Assembly: GCA_036172245.1 (NCBI GenBank)
Contig: JAYWIR010000014.1
Span: forward strand, 3,782,001-3,846,000
Direction: 5' to 3'
Length of the DNA: 64,000 nt
Origin: Raillietiella orientalis
Lineage: Eukaryota
Below are positions 13,101-27,011 of this stretch, one piece after another. The position numbers and the translations under genes were made by a program. Under the pieces are notes generated by a model. The model did not search any database. It was not told the origin of the DNA and was given only the letters and a program-made list of their open reading frames with translations. The stretch's first letter is position 1. Each line of letters begins with the position of its first letter.

Positions 13101-13433
13101 GTATTGCATAAAGGAAGTTTGCAGCAATTAACTGAAAAGTTGACATGTAGAAATTTCTACACAATCTCTAGGATCTTTTTAAATTTAAATTTTGCTAATT
13201 TACATAATTGCTTTCTTCCTATTGTTACTAAGGTGATGGCTTTCTAAACAATGAAATACGCAAGAAAATTAATTCGTGAGATAAAGGCATCTTGCAAAAT
13301 AGAGGTTTTCGTAAATTGCAAAGATTTCTTCATTGTTTTTTGAAAAGTGTTTCTCGGATCATTTTGCTGGCCATATCAGCTGTCATGATTTCTTACAACT
13401 GAGTTATCCTTTGGAAGAAATGTAGAAAAGTCA

Positions 13434-16400
13434 ATGAGTAAGAATAATAATTCATGCCCAAATAGAACGAGAGAATTTGCGGATGATAGTTCACATGAGT
13501 GGATTACTTTACCTCTTCATAGTTCAACACCTAATCCTGCTGTCGAAAATACTTCCAGTAGTTCAGTCAAAAATGATGAGTTAAATAAACTATCCCATGC
13601 TTTTTCGAGAAAGGATGAGGATACAATAGACTATTTAAGGAGGAAACTTAACAAGCTTATTTCAAGCAGTCCGGAAAACCAATCTCCAGTATCATGTACT
13701 AAAGATTCTAAAGTTTTACGCTCAAAGACACAGCCATATCAAGCAGAAAGTCTGAACAGTAAAAAGGATCCAAACATGTGTAGGCTTTCGTTAGATTTTA
13801 GAAGGTTGGTGAAACTTTATGTTCTAGCATTTGTTGCCGCATTTTCTGTGACTGAATATGGTTTGCCTATAGTAATTTCCATATTATTAGTGATGTAAAA
13901 AACATTGTCCCTTTTTTGATGAGAGAACTGCCTGTAATACACTTGTGCAATTGGCTGCAATTCCAAACATATATGGTCCACAATCATTTTCAGCAATGAC
14001 GAGAATCATACCTCGAAAGAAGATCCTTTCCTCGCCATCTCTCGCTCATTAACTTCACGCACGGACAAACAGCACGAATCCTATCAAAAAGGTGAGACAA
14101 CCGAAATAAATAGACAGTAACTACTTTGAAAAGATTTTTAATTTTTAATTTTGGGAATCATTTCGATGATCAATTAGAAAACAAATCGTTCGGTTATTCC
14201 GAGGTATCAAATGTGACTCACCCATCTACTTCCACATCATATGCCGAGCTCCCGAATCCTTTCAAGAAAGAAAAATTAACACTTTCTAGTGAGTAATCTT
14301 ATAACTTTTTTTTTTTTTTTTTGGAGGGGGGGGGGGTAATTTCAAATTGTAGTAATTAGAATACCCAACTGAAATCAGTTTAAGGTATTGCAAAGTTGAT
14401 TTTTTCATTGAGAATTTGGAAAAAAATTATGTATATGGAATCAACTAGACTGGAAAACGAAAAAATAAGCAGTAAAACTAGAACTTTGAGTAAAGTTTAT
14501 GTGCAAGACTTTTATCTGCTCTTAGTCTAAGAAACCAAAATTCAAAATGCAAAGGAAAAGAAGTGCATTGAAGAAAGCAATTTTAGAGAGTCTTTGAGTA
14601 GTGTATGTAGGCACCTTTAATATTACAAACTAAAAATTACAATTCTAATATCCCTAACGGATATTAGAAACAGGTGTAGCATCGACTTCTTTCTGAAATT
14701 AATGCTTATTTATGATGCCAAAATCCCGAAAACTATCGTTTCTTGTACAATCCAAGAGGCATGGAAATTGATTTCTACTCTATTTTCTTTGTTAAAATTA
14801 TAGTGGATATCGTCAAAATTAACTCATCATGATGTTCCCCCCCCCCCATAGATTAAGTACAAATTAATGAAAGGAGAAGGATGATATTTTACGAAGGCAA
14901 AATTACATTTTAACGGAAATTTGTAGGAAAAAAATGAAACGGGAAATAGGATTTTGTCCTCTATATTTTTCGTACTGCTAGTGAGTTTAGGAAGTTTTGT
15001 ACTATGGGCTGCAACGGAAGCTTATTTTTCTCAGGGGATTGCTCAGATGTCCAGAAATGGTTCCCCCATACATGTCTCCACATGTCATCAGGAACGAATG
15101 GCATTGCTAATTTGCTTAGGCGTGCTTACAACTCGCAGCACGTCTACATGTATAACCCTTTAACATGATCGTTGTTAATCCTTTTCGGTAGGAAAGTTTT
15201 TGTAAAATTACTGGTGTAATGATGAGGAAATCAATCTGTTGCACAGGTTTCATCCACAACCAAAGTGAAACTAAAAATCGATTTCAAGATCCCTATGGCA
15301 AGTTGCACACAAAACATTTTTCCTTGATGCCCCAAAACGAAAATTCTTTCGATAGATTGAAAATCTCAACTCAAAAACAACAAAATAATTAGCATGGTAA
15401 TAGCAATTAGTGTTTCAAACATGTAATCTAATCTTCAGGGAACTGCGCGCACTAAATGCCAAAAGAAAGAAAAGAAATACAAATCATTTGATTCCAGATA
15501 ATAATTTTGAAAGCTCTTTATTTTTAAATATGTGATTAAAAATGAAAGCAATGGGAAACCCTGTACGAATGTCAGTATTTCTAAGCTTTTTCAAAGAACT
15601 AGGTTATCCGTGCTTTACTTTATGTATCCTTTTAATCATGACGATACGTAGTAATAATAATCACATTATTTCTTTTGATTTAGAGAGTTATGTACTGAGA
15701 AAATAGTAGATGATTATTCTAAATGCTTTTTCTCCCAAAATGCCAACTGCAGACCATGAAACCAAAATTAAAAAAGACAACCAACAACAACAACCAATGA
15801 ACGGTGTTAATCTGCAAGAGAAAAAGGCTATTCAGAAGACATTGATTGACATTTCCACACAAATTCGAATGATGGCAGATTTTGCTTTATCACGAAGTCC
15901 TCTGTCCTCAGTAAAAACTTTGATTGTTATTGAGGAACTGAAAAAAGGAATTCAAGATTTACAGTCACAGATGAAACGAATGAGTCAATCTTTCCTTACC
16001 TGTGAAGATCTATGCATTGCGAAACGAGTGGCTTGCACTCTTTCGGAGAAACTGGAATTATGTCGTCTCAGTCTTCTTTCTGAATTCGAAATTCTATCAA
16101 AAATCCATAATCATGAAACAGTAGATGAGAAAGATACATCTTCGATCAAAGAAACCACTCTGAAAAGCATAAAAGAGCTGGTAAGCATAGACAAAAATTT
16201 GGAAGATTTACAAAAGCGATTTAGCACTTTTGTTCAAACGGGAAACATGTCGACAAAGAGTCTTGAAGGACGAAATTCCACTAATGCTGCGAAACCCAAA
16301 GCCTCGAGAAGGCAAACCAAACCTAGTGCTGAATCAAATCCCGAACTGCGCTCTAACATGCATGAATACACAAAAATGAATAAAAGCAAACGATCTACTG

Positions 16401-19400
16401 GTAAAGCTGCGCCTCGTAAAAAATTATATTACTGTAAGGAGATAGATTACTTACATCCTGGATGTTTGAAACGAAAGAAAGCAAAGAGAAAATACCAGAG
16501 ATCCAGGAAAGCCTGCGAAAGCATCAATGATACCGCATCTCATTCTTTTACGTCATCTTGCAAACATTCTCAGCGAATAAAAGAAACCAATGGTAATTCC
16601 AACGCGCATTCTTCTGAGGATTCTCCCCCATCCCCAATTTTATCCAAAGATAAACCAAAATGGAATAAGAAAAAGGTTCCTCAATGTAGACGATCGTTGC
16701 GAAAGAAAAAGTCGGATAAGCAGTACCTCTTGTGTGAAAGAATAGAGATCCTCTCTGAAAATGAGAATAGCTCTGCTCATTCAGGACGTTGCAAACATTT
16801 CCATGAAAAGACAAAGCTGAAAAAAGTTCATTCTTTGCAAAAACTGGACGATGTAAACTCAGACACATCCTCTTCGATGTCTCATCACGAAAGGGGCATT
16901 TCGAAAAACAGTCAGAATAATGTGGAAGATAAGAAATCAGTATCTCAAGGTAACAAGCTCAACTGTTTCCTCTCTAAAAGTGATTCGTTTCTACTATTAA
17001 AAAGAAGTAATCGTAACAAAAAATGCCCATGCAATCTTTGCGATACTGAGCGAAAAAAATATTTCAAGTGCATCTATAAAGATCATTTGGGGACTAAGAA
17101 GAGGTGGCATGATTGCAGTTCGCCTCAGCGTTCTGCCGCTGCTAACAAGAATTCTCCTGCTGAAGGACAAAAGGAAGCACTCTGTGAAAGAACTAGCGAG
17201 AATTTGGATGCTGAATATTCTTTGTTATTAGGCGATCTTTCCTCAAACAGAATTGGCCTAAAGTGGGCTAACGGGGAAGAATACTCAGTAGAACTTCCTA
17301 TACCTCATACCTCTGGTAAACCTGAAGGATGCTTTTTAAATCTTCCATGGAAGTACCCCAGGAACACCCGTGTCCACATACGTGGTAGAGTGTTTCTAGT
17401 GAAATTCCCTTCCCGCAAAGCAGAAGTGCTTTCACAAAGAAAAAGTGACGGCGCACTTGAGAGAGCATTTTCAAACGAAGATGTGAATGCAAAAGGAAAT
17501 TGCACATTACATTGCCCATGTCTTTCCGTGTTGCATTGCTCGGGACAATCAAAATCTCAATGCCACTGCATTTTCCCATTTTCCTTGTGTGCTTTTCTAC
17601 ATGACTGGTATCGAAATTTTTGTACTACAGATGAGCCTCATGTTATGTTATGCAATCAAGGAAGACAGCATGAACATCTATGCCACCTTCGCAGTAAATC
17701 CCAGACTTCAGATATTCCTGAAGATAATTCTAATGAAAATGTGGAAAATTCAGTTCGAGCCAGGCCATTAGATTCTTCTCGTGGCAAAGAACAGTTTATA
17801 AATACGCTCTCATGTCCATCTAGAAAGAAGAGCGGAAAGCATCAAGAACTTACAACACCTGACTTGAAGCCAAATGAAAAAGGTGTCTCCAATCGACTCA
17901 TTAGCAACGATACAAACTTCCACTTGCAATCAAGGGATCGAAATGATGATCTACCAAATGCAGTAAGTATGGAATAACTTCAAATAATTATGAGGTGTTA
18001 CTCAAAGCTAAACTGGTGATTGCGACCGCTTCGTTTTCATTAAATTATTTCATCTATGAATTTTTTGTAAGTCTGAATGGCTGATTTTGACGATTTCTGT
18101 GCGACACTCGGCAGAAATTTTCCACATTCACATACTTATTGGGAACCGTTGAGTTTCGGGAACCAGAAAGTCAAGAACATAATGCTTTCGAAATCGTCAG
18201 GCACGATGAATTAGTGGGCATTTATGGATTGCGTGTTATTAATTTCCATGACTGTTTTGCATTTTGTAACCTAGTAGAAAAGCATTGCCTAAATTTGCGA
18301 TCGCTTGTTCAATGCAGAATTCGATATCGTCACACGTTTTCACGTTCAGTCCTGCCTCTTCAAAGTGAAGGAGATCCCTAATTCTTGCCAAATTGGGAAA
18401 TCATTTATAGCTCAGTGATTTATGCTCATCCTCATTTTGCGGATTAATTGCTGAGGAGGTTCCATTCCAAATGACAGATCATGAGGACATACAAGAGCTA
18501 AGTAATCTAGAGAAAGCATCAGCCATTGGCTGTTTTTTTAAAAGGATCAATCTTAGCTCTTCGATCTTCCCATGTTTCATTAGTCAGAGGAGAATGCATG
18601 CCAAGAAATTGCATTACCCCTCTGAATAATCGCTGTTTCTGAAGAAAAAGAAACTTTATAAATGGAGATAAATTGTCATAAATTCTTTCTCAACATTCAG
18701 CCTATTCAGTTCTCGAAAAATTGGAGTGGGAATTTTTTTTTTTCTAACCTTCGATGCCCTAGTTTAGCATGAATAATAACGACGTAAAGGAATTGACACT
18801 GAAAGCAAGCGTTGCTTTTCTTCATTAAATGTGTTCCTCAAAGTGGACACTGAGAGTTCCTTCGAACTTCCATTCTTTGCCTGCAAAAATTTCTTTCGGC
18901 TGCAGACCTATAGTGTTCTTTAGTTAAGGTTTGTAGTGGTATTTGGATTTTTAGAATTCCCTGAGATATAATGGTGCCATGAAACAATATGGATGATCTG
19001 CATCTTCTGAACGTAGTTACTGTAGCTCAATCAGCATGTTGACGAGGTATTCAGAGATTCCGTGACCTTTATACTTCATCCTTTGTAAAACGAGGCAGTC
19101 ACATTTATCTGATAGTTTTTTTTTTTTTTTGCATACATTTATCACAAATTCAATCTTGACTTTTGGTCTGCACAGTACGCTTCCAGTATGATGATAATTC
19201 TCAACCGTGACGTCATTATTCTCTTCAAAGATATAGCTGGATATAACTTGTAACATACTTATAGTCACATTTTTAATCAAAATGTGAGCAGTATTGGGTA
19301 GCAAGTATCTTCTGGAGTCAATTAAAAATATACTTCATAATCTGTTTGGTATAGTTTGGGTTAGTGTTGCAGCGGCAAGTCCAAATTACTCCAATTTTTC

Positions 19401-22400
19401 TGCCTAGCTTTCAACGAAAATACAGCCCAGATGAGGTTAGGAAAGATATCGCTTGAGAAACTATGTAACTGTCCTTGGCCTGTCATTTATACTGCCACTT
19501 TTGTTTCAGTTATTTTAGATCTGAGGTGAAATCTCTTCCATTCCAGGAGTTGAATCACAGTACTTTATTCATACCGTTACCATATCATGCTAACTATATC
19601 TAAAAATCTATTTTCAATGCTGGAGACAGAAAGTCAGAGAGAGAGACACCCCCCCCCCCCTTCTAGTATTTTCTGGTATTTCTGAAGTTGTATCAGGAGC
19701 ATGGATGATTTATTTGATGCACTAGAAATCGTCACAGACGTAATTTATTTTCATTCCGATTCCAGTCTGTGAGAACTAGACTTTTTAAAAGTCATGTATT
19801 ATTTTGGGTACGAATGCATGCGCTTAATGTGGAGAAAGAAGAACGAAAAGCAAAAAATTTTATGCCATCTGAGTGCTTTTTCATTGAATGCTCACCGACT
19901 TGCAAACAAACAAACCCGTTTCAATACATTTCTGAAAGAGCATTCCGAAACAGCCAAACAAAGCAGTTAAAAATGCGTAAGAAATGAAGTGTTCGGTCTT
20001 GTGCGATGGATGCTCCATGAAAACCTATCCAGGTCTTTCTTTCTTCTAGAAAGATAACTTTTATGCCTTCTGGGATTAGTAGGAATCCTTTTAAGTGACA
20101 GTTTCTCGACTTGATGATCGCAGAAAATGCCTGTGTTTATAATGATTTATTGCAGCCCTGAATTTCTCATTTCTTTTCGTATTTTAGTTTTCATTGCTTT
20201 CTTTTGAAGGCTATTTTGCAAAGCAGGAAATACTGGTTAACCAACGACACGCCAGCAATGTTTGACAGCCCGGCTATGCCTTGTGGCCTTGTGCATTTTT
20301 ATTATCTGTTTGTTGAATCTGCAAAGATCACATTGGGGGTATTTGAAGTAGAAAATAGCAATAAGATTGTAATTTTCTAATTTTTGTACCTTTTTTCCAA
20401 TTTTGTATCGCAGATGCGAGAGCAAACTAGCACCTCGTAACTAAATGGAAATATTGACAAGCGTTGGCAGAAAAGAAAAGAAAAAATTCAAGGGCAGTAC
20501 GGACATGGGTTGTTATTTTATAAATTAAGGGTCCAGAACGGGATTTTTTTTTTTTTTTTTATTTTTTTTTTTTTTTTTTTTTTTAGAAAAAAGCGATGCA
20601 TATGTTCATCTGATCTCTTAATTCTTGAAAGTTTAGACTGCAAACAAAAACTAAAAACGTCTTCCAAATGGTCTAGTTTTCCCAGAGTTCTTCGAATACT
20701 CTGTCAAAAATTATGCAAGCCTACTTTTATGTTACTCTTTGCATTTATTGTGATAGTAAGGCAAATGTATTTAGGCTTGTAAAAATGAAAAACGTACAGT
20801 AGTATAGGAATGATAAGATGGCTGTTGCATTTTTCATCTGCCCTATCTCCTTGCATTCACGAGTGCAGAATATTCAGAGGTGGTTGGCTGGCACTTGTGC
20901 TTTTGTTTTGTTTTTCGCTTTTCCCAATAACTTTGCATGATTCAGGGTCAATGCAATAGTTGTTGCTGATTTCACAAATTATTTTAAATCGGTAAAGAGT
21001 CGATAAGAACGTAGAAGAATATTGTCTTTCCTAAACCATGCATGATTGCGAATAGCATCATTCCATTCGAATATGTGATATGTGTTTTCAATTCTCATCA
21101 GTCATCTTTGGAAATGTATTTTCTATGTAGGTTGAATTGTTCAGATAAGGGTAGATCACCCCGAAACGACTTTTCGTCTTAAAGAACCCCAGAGTGTTCA
21201 GGTAGGGATTCGGAACGAGTCTCCATGAATGCTTCTTGCTAATCACGGGTTGCCGAAAGCACGAACAAAGTAAAACTAAAAAAATGAAATTTCGAAAATT
21301 TTATCGATAAAATTTGAATAAAAACCGAAAAAATTCAGATATGCTAAGATTTACTCGCGCTAGAATTTTAATAGCGGCCATACTATATCAAAAGTGGATT
21401 CTTCATCCATGCACTGTTTGTGAAATAATTATGTTTCAGTTTGTATTTGCTTAACTTCCATATTTTAAATTTGGTATTTACATCGATAGCAGTTATGATT
21501 TCAGAACCAAGAAAAGCGGATCAAAAACGATATTTATGGTGATCGTTGGGGTTTTTCTCACAAAATAGATGCAATATTGCAAAATACAGAGGAAATAAAG
21601 AGAAACAGGTTTGAAAGCAACAGGAGTTGCTCGGAACAGCTCAATCCAAGTGACGGGAATTCCATTCCGAATGTCCCGCATCACAAGAGTGACCAAAAGC
21701 AGCCGAGATCAAGTGGTGTAAAGAGCAAATGCAAGCATTCAGCGTTTTCGAAACATCCATATAGCGCTTGCATTAACAGTTGTGTTTCTGGAAGCAAAAA
21801 ATTCAAATCAGTTGGGACAAACACCACATCTCACTTTAGTTACATAGAACAGTTGCTTTCTAGCGGTTCGAAGCAATCGGTTGACAGCTTTGAAAGTCAC
21901 CGCATCTTGTCTCAAAAATTGCTACAAAATAGATCGAAATGGAATCACGCGGGGTCCTTGCTGAAGCAGTCCCCGGGCCCTCGAGAAAACAACGTGAGAA
22001 TCAGATCAGGCGCTTCGGCAAACAGGAAAGTGGTTGAAGAAGCGGAAGGATGCAAAGTGAAGGCAGAGAAATTGGGAACCACAAGCTTGGAGAATGATTG
22101 GAATCATTCAGGAGATGAAGGGGTTTTCACGGGCATCCCATCAGGAAACAGGATTTCGAGACGTGCTGCAGGTCCAACCGTAAACTTTGAAAGCACTACT
22201 CGAAAGACGTCGTTTAGCAAAGTTCTAGCAGCCAAGTCTACAGTGAAAGGTACGTGAGTGACCATTTGAATCTCCGAATAATGCTGGAAGCAAAATTTCA
22301 ATCAAAGACTTGAAATAGCTTTCCGATGATATCCTAGACGGAATAAATTATTCGGTTCAGATAAAAAGATGGAATTTAAAGATCTATTTCAAGGGGAAAA

Positions 22401-24157
22401 AAAACAAAAAAAAACTGAATCGGTCGGAGTTTGATGTTTTACGCTCGAAGCCAAATTCTATCGAAAGTCTTGTCATCAATCTTGCGTGCGAAAGAAATCC
22501 CTTCATGAGTGTAAAAAAAAAAAAAAAATTGTTTAGAGTTCCAACAAATTTACACGTGTCAGTTTAAATAAGTTTCTTATAATCCTTGCGATTCAACATC
22601 TGTGTTAAAGTATGTTTAAATGTTATGATTACTCAACATCCACAGTAATGCAAGAGACAAGACGGTGTCTGCTATGAGCACCTAGCCTATGGAATGTACC
22701 GTGCACGAAACTTGAAATCGTAACCATGGTTACCATAGTTGTGTTGCATAACTAATGCCCTCGTATGGTTGTAATGACGTAGCATTGTATAATTTTTCTA
22801 TTAGCTTCAATTATCTGGATCATTTGAAATAACGAAAACTGAATCTGAGCATCTAGTCCTTATTTGGATTTCCTATTTCTGTTTTTACCCAGTTTCTGAG
22901 TCTCCGTAGGGGCACGCTATTGAAACAGGAAGTTACCACCATGTTTATTAATTTCTTATCATGGGATTTTTCTCAATTCTTTCAAATACAAGAACACTAC
23001 ATGAGGAGCTCATCACTTCTTAAATAGATCTGCAGCTTATTAAAAAGAAGAAGAAGGATGCCTTGTACTTCGAAAACATCCATTTCGAAAGTAGTTCAAA
23101 ATAACTGGAATTCCAGGCGTTTAGAATTAGGTTTAGAATAAACTCTTGGAAGATTTCCTGCGAATAACGAAAGTAACCAGTCAATCTGGAAAAATTACGA
23201 ACCTTTTTTTTTTTTTTATCGCAGCGTGTAGGATTATAAGAATGCATTATGTGCATTGTGTACACTCATGTAATTCATCCACCCATCATCCAAGGGAATA
23301 ATGATTTTCCAAACACGGACGAGGATACGAGAACGTTAAAGATCCGATGTATATACTAGGAAATTAAGGAAGCATCACATCCTAGCCTTCTTTCTTTTCT
23401 TTCTTTCTTTTTTTTGTTTTTCAGTTTTACAATACTATATATGCCAAATTTCACAGCAAGATAGATAAAATACAGGCGTAAATATAAATAACATGAAGGC
23501 TCTATAAGTTATGGGACAAGTATAGAATTTGCTTTTTTGAAAAGAAAAAAAAAATGTATCAAAAACCTTGATAGGTAAGAAAATAAACAGGAAAAGTTAC
23601 TGTCCCGATTTCATGCCATCCCTTTCATTACTAACAAACATCTTTGAATGATTTCAAAAATTTGAAAATCAATCAGTCCCACTGGAGATGAATGAGTCTT
23701 CTCTTTACATGAATTTTAAGCACTCACTATTCTGATCAATAATTTAATATCAAGTTGGTCTTGATTCGCAATTACTGTCTGAAAATTCACTTGAAATTGT
23801 AGGAAAGTTTTCTCTTTATAAGGTTTATTCGTGGTTTTGGGTGCAGCTTCTCGTTTAATCCATGGTTATAAGAATCCTCCATTGCAGCAACATGCTTGCT
23901 TTAATTGACCTCGTGGATCCATATTCAGTTTGTCATAGCGAGAAAAGTAGTTTCCCATGTGGTGTTCACTTCTTTCACTTTTCTATAAAAGCGTATTTCT
24001 GTGCTGAAAGATGATCCCGTTCCAGTTGTCCACCGATTTCCGAGTCTTTACATCTTCAGATCTGAATCGAAATACGCCTGCAGAAAATACAACCGCGTAC
24101 AGTTGCGATAAAGATGTGGCATGTACACATTTATGCATTACAAGCAAGATCATGTAA
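13434..24157 (+). CDS. Uncharacterised large multi-exon protein (~1,170-1,190 aa), Ser/Lys/Arg-rich with a helical/coiled-coil region and Cys/His-rich patches
   Basis: Phase-consistent model: 13434..13804 (ph2), 13994..14091 (ph1), optional 15247..15297 (51 nt, G|GCAAGT GC donor), 15753..17962 (2,210 nt open, ph0), 21505..22249 (745 nt open, ph1), tentative last exon 24060..24157. A 2.2 kb open frame in AT-rich DNA is very unlikely by chance. No family recognised; the last exon is uncertain. Confidence 0.7.
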
Positions 24158-26211
24158 CTTGAAGATTAATAGGAAACACACGTGTCACGAGCAAGTGGTT
24201 GGACCATACTGGATCCACACTGAAACAAAATGAATTGGTAGCCCAAAGACGTGTGAACTAAAATGTGGCAGAATTCGGTGAGAGAAAACAAAAGTAGAAT
24301 ACAAAATATGCTTTTGGGGAAAAGATGGGAAATGCATGCGCTAGGGTGGGAACCATGGATGTTTCCATAGTAAATTTTCCTAGGTACTGAACGCAGGTTT
24401 ATTAGGCAAACTGACAAGTAAGCCATAGAAGCTGTAGTAAGGAGAAAAATGGTGCTGCTAACAAAATATGTACTATGGATTTCAATTTGTCCAGAGACAA
24501 TTGTTAATTCCTTAAGAATTTCTGGAAGGGAATGCATTTATTTGTGAAATACCTGTTTGTACTCCTGCCTTTTTCTGATGATGCTTTACTGAGGCAGCCA
24601 GGGTCAATAAATGATTCTGTGAGAATGTGACTGCAATCCACCCGAAAAAAGAATCAGTTTGAACAGTCATGAACAGTTTATTTTTGCTGCGTGCCTTATT
24701 TAGTTGGAAAATAGCAAATTATCTCGAAATTTACCTGCATTTGACGTGGATTGATCTTCAGAACCCAACTTTTCTGTTTCATGTTGGCATGCATTAACGC
24801 AAAATCAGATAGATGTATTTAATTTTCATGACATGCCTTAGTTTTATTTATTTATTTATTTTAGTTCATCACTGGCAACGTTAATAATTCTAGATTGTAT
24901 CGCCTTTCATTTTTAAAAGTTTCCGTACTTGCCTGATGAACTCCTAGAAGATTAGATTCGGAGAAGAGTAGTTTATTTTGATAAGTGTCTGCGACGACGG
25001 CAAGAAAACGATCTTCGAGTATCAAACTAAAAGGACTTCTTTTGTGTGGGATTTGGTTGTCATTGAACAACCGTACGTGCTTTTTGAATTTCACTGACAG
25101 AGAGAATGATATAGATAATCCTTTATTATATACCTCGACAGTAATGTACTGTATCAGGTTATGACAATTGATTTCTCTCTCTTCTGAATAAGTAAATAGT
25201 TTTCCTCTCGGCGAATTTCAAATGCTCATTTTGAAATGAATGGTACCAGTTTCTATTCCCGGAATCGGGATTCTGATTTGCAGAGGTATTTAAGGTACGT
25301 GATTCGCGATTGCATGCATACACACATGTATACGGTTCATGTACCTATCTATGTGCACATATACAGAGGTAAGGAAACGTACTGATTTAAGAAACCTTCA
25401 GTTGGATGCTTGTTTCGTCTTCCGAGGAAACAAGCATCTACAAAACACACGTACGCGTGCTTTAATCGAGTCCCATTCCAATACGTTCGATGCGTGCATT
25501 CCACAGGTTGCCATTTCTTGTGCGTCACTTTGGCTCTGCCTCTTCCTCCGAGATTGATTAGCTCCTTTTTGTGTGCGTGCTTTTTTTCTTCCTTTCTTCC
25601 CTTCACTAATGAGAAGTTTTCAAATGACAAAATGCGATGCCTGAATTTTCGTGCTGTTTGATTTTTTTTTTTTTTTCCCCTCTCTCTCTCTCTCTCCTCC
25701 TTTTTCTTCTTGCTTTTTAATGCTGACTGTCCTGTTGAAATGAAATCTCAGTGTGTTGAAAAAGGAAAAGAGAAAAGCATGGTACCAGAATAAGAACCTT
25801 GGAACCATCACGCAAACTATTCGTTATTGATCTTGAAACAACTCTCTCGAAGCTCTCATTGTGACAAAAAGATGCCACATGGTCCAAATTATAACCCTTT
25901 ACTTACTGAACATTTTATCATCGGGCATCAGCGGTCGATTGATCCGACGTCTGAAATCTGTCGCCGGTTACCAACTTCTAGTTTACCTTTCCGACCGAGA
26001 GACATGGTACATCTTGAAGTATACCACACATGGTGATGAAATGGGCTAATTTCTTGAAAAGTCCGTTCGTTCATGCACGAATAAAGAGCTACACCAAGAA
26101 GCCAATACTTTGTGCAAGTTTTTATACATTTTGTGCTTAGTTGATGACTTTCCAACAACGTCACATATACATAGTGAAGTGATTCGTTGCAGCATTTTTC
26201 TTTTCTTCCAG

Positions 26212-27011
26212 ACACATGGTCAGTGAATCAGCGCTTTCACACTTATTCCGGTGGCTTCAATATGGAACGTACGTGTAATTTGCTTGTGGTTAGTAGCACG
26301 TCTGATTTCATGAATGCAGATATCAAACTGAAAAAAAGACGCATGGCTTTTGTAACGATGGCCATATCGAAAGAAATGAGTCGAAAAGCGAAAATACTGG
26401 GGAAGTCGATTCTACAAAATACAAAAAAGAGCTCGGTCATTTTAGTTGGTCCTCTCATACGAAGGAAGCAAAGGTTTGTTCTTCTATTCTAGAGAATCCT
26501 CCTTTCCATTCCACCAGAGAACTTCTCGACGGCGTATATACACGATGCATTCCGATTGAAAGCTGTTGTGCGAAAGATGAAGCTTTCATTTTATCTTTCG
26601 CATGGGATTTGGAAGAATACGAGAAATGCGTATTTTTATCAGCAAACTGTGCGGTCAGTAAGATATCTGAGCGATGTAATTATTATAACAGGATTCATTT
26701 TTTAGATCTTGCACGAATGCGATAAACTATTTAGAGAAAGAGAGCTCACCGTTTTTACCGATAATTTGGAAGCCGACCAGTGGAAAAATTACGTTCTCGT
26801 TTTAAAACCCTGCCATGCCACGGCGAACAGAATCCGCCACTTTCTTGAAATTTCACAGGTCTGTACCTTCCATGACAAACAAGGTGCAGCACAATTTGAA
26901 AATAAGGGGAAGAATGGATCCATCGTTTCCGTTCCAAGGATGCTGCGGAGCTGCTTCAGTAACCTCTATCAGACTTCTGATACATTGGCTGAGTACTGCA
27001 AGTCATCGTGA
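26212..27011 (+). CDS. Glycogenin-like (GT8 family) protein lacking catalytic motifs, copy 2 (5' end uncertain; possibly frameshifted near the 3' end)
   Basis: Exons 26212..26268 (tentative), 26320..26473, 26518..26653, 26706..26858, 26907..27011; introns 51, 44, 52, 48 nt. Spliced: MAFVTMAISKEMSRKAKILGKSILQNTKKSSVILVGPLIRRKQR|ELLDGVYTRCIPI...SFAWDLEEYEKCVFLSANCA|ILHECDKLFRERELTVFTD...YVLVLKPCHATANRI...|GKNGSIVSVPRMLRSCFSNL. Same intron positions and phases as copy 1; the central exon is 153 nt in both. Confidence 0.78.

Noticed and set aside
14643..14669. 11-bp hairpin TTCTAATATCC/GGATATTAGAA as a Helitron 3' end
   Set aside because: AT-rich stem, no CTRR terminus downstream and no other element features.
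22720..22733. Palindrome GTAACCATGGTTAC resembling an RFX X-box
   Set aside because: Mismatches the consensus in the RGYAAC half and is not near an evident promoter.
25879..26032. Signal-peptide-like MVQIITLYLLNILSSGISG as first exon of glycogenin-like copy 2
   Set aside because: Needs a weak GTGATG donor; an alternative frame and splice path fits equally well, so the N-terminus cannot be determined.
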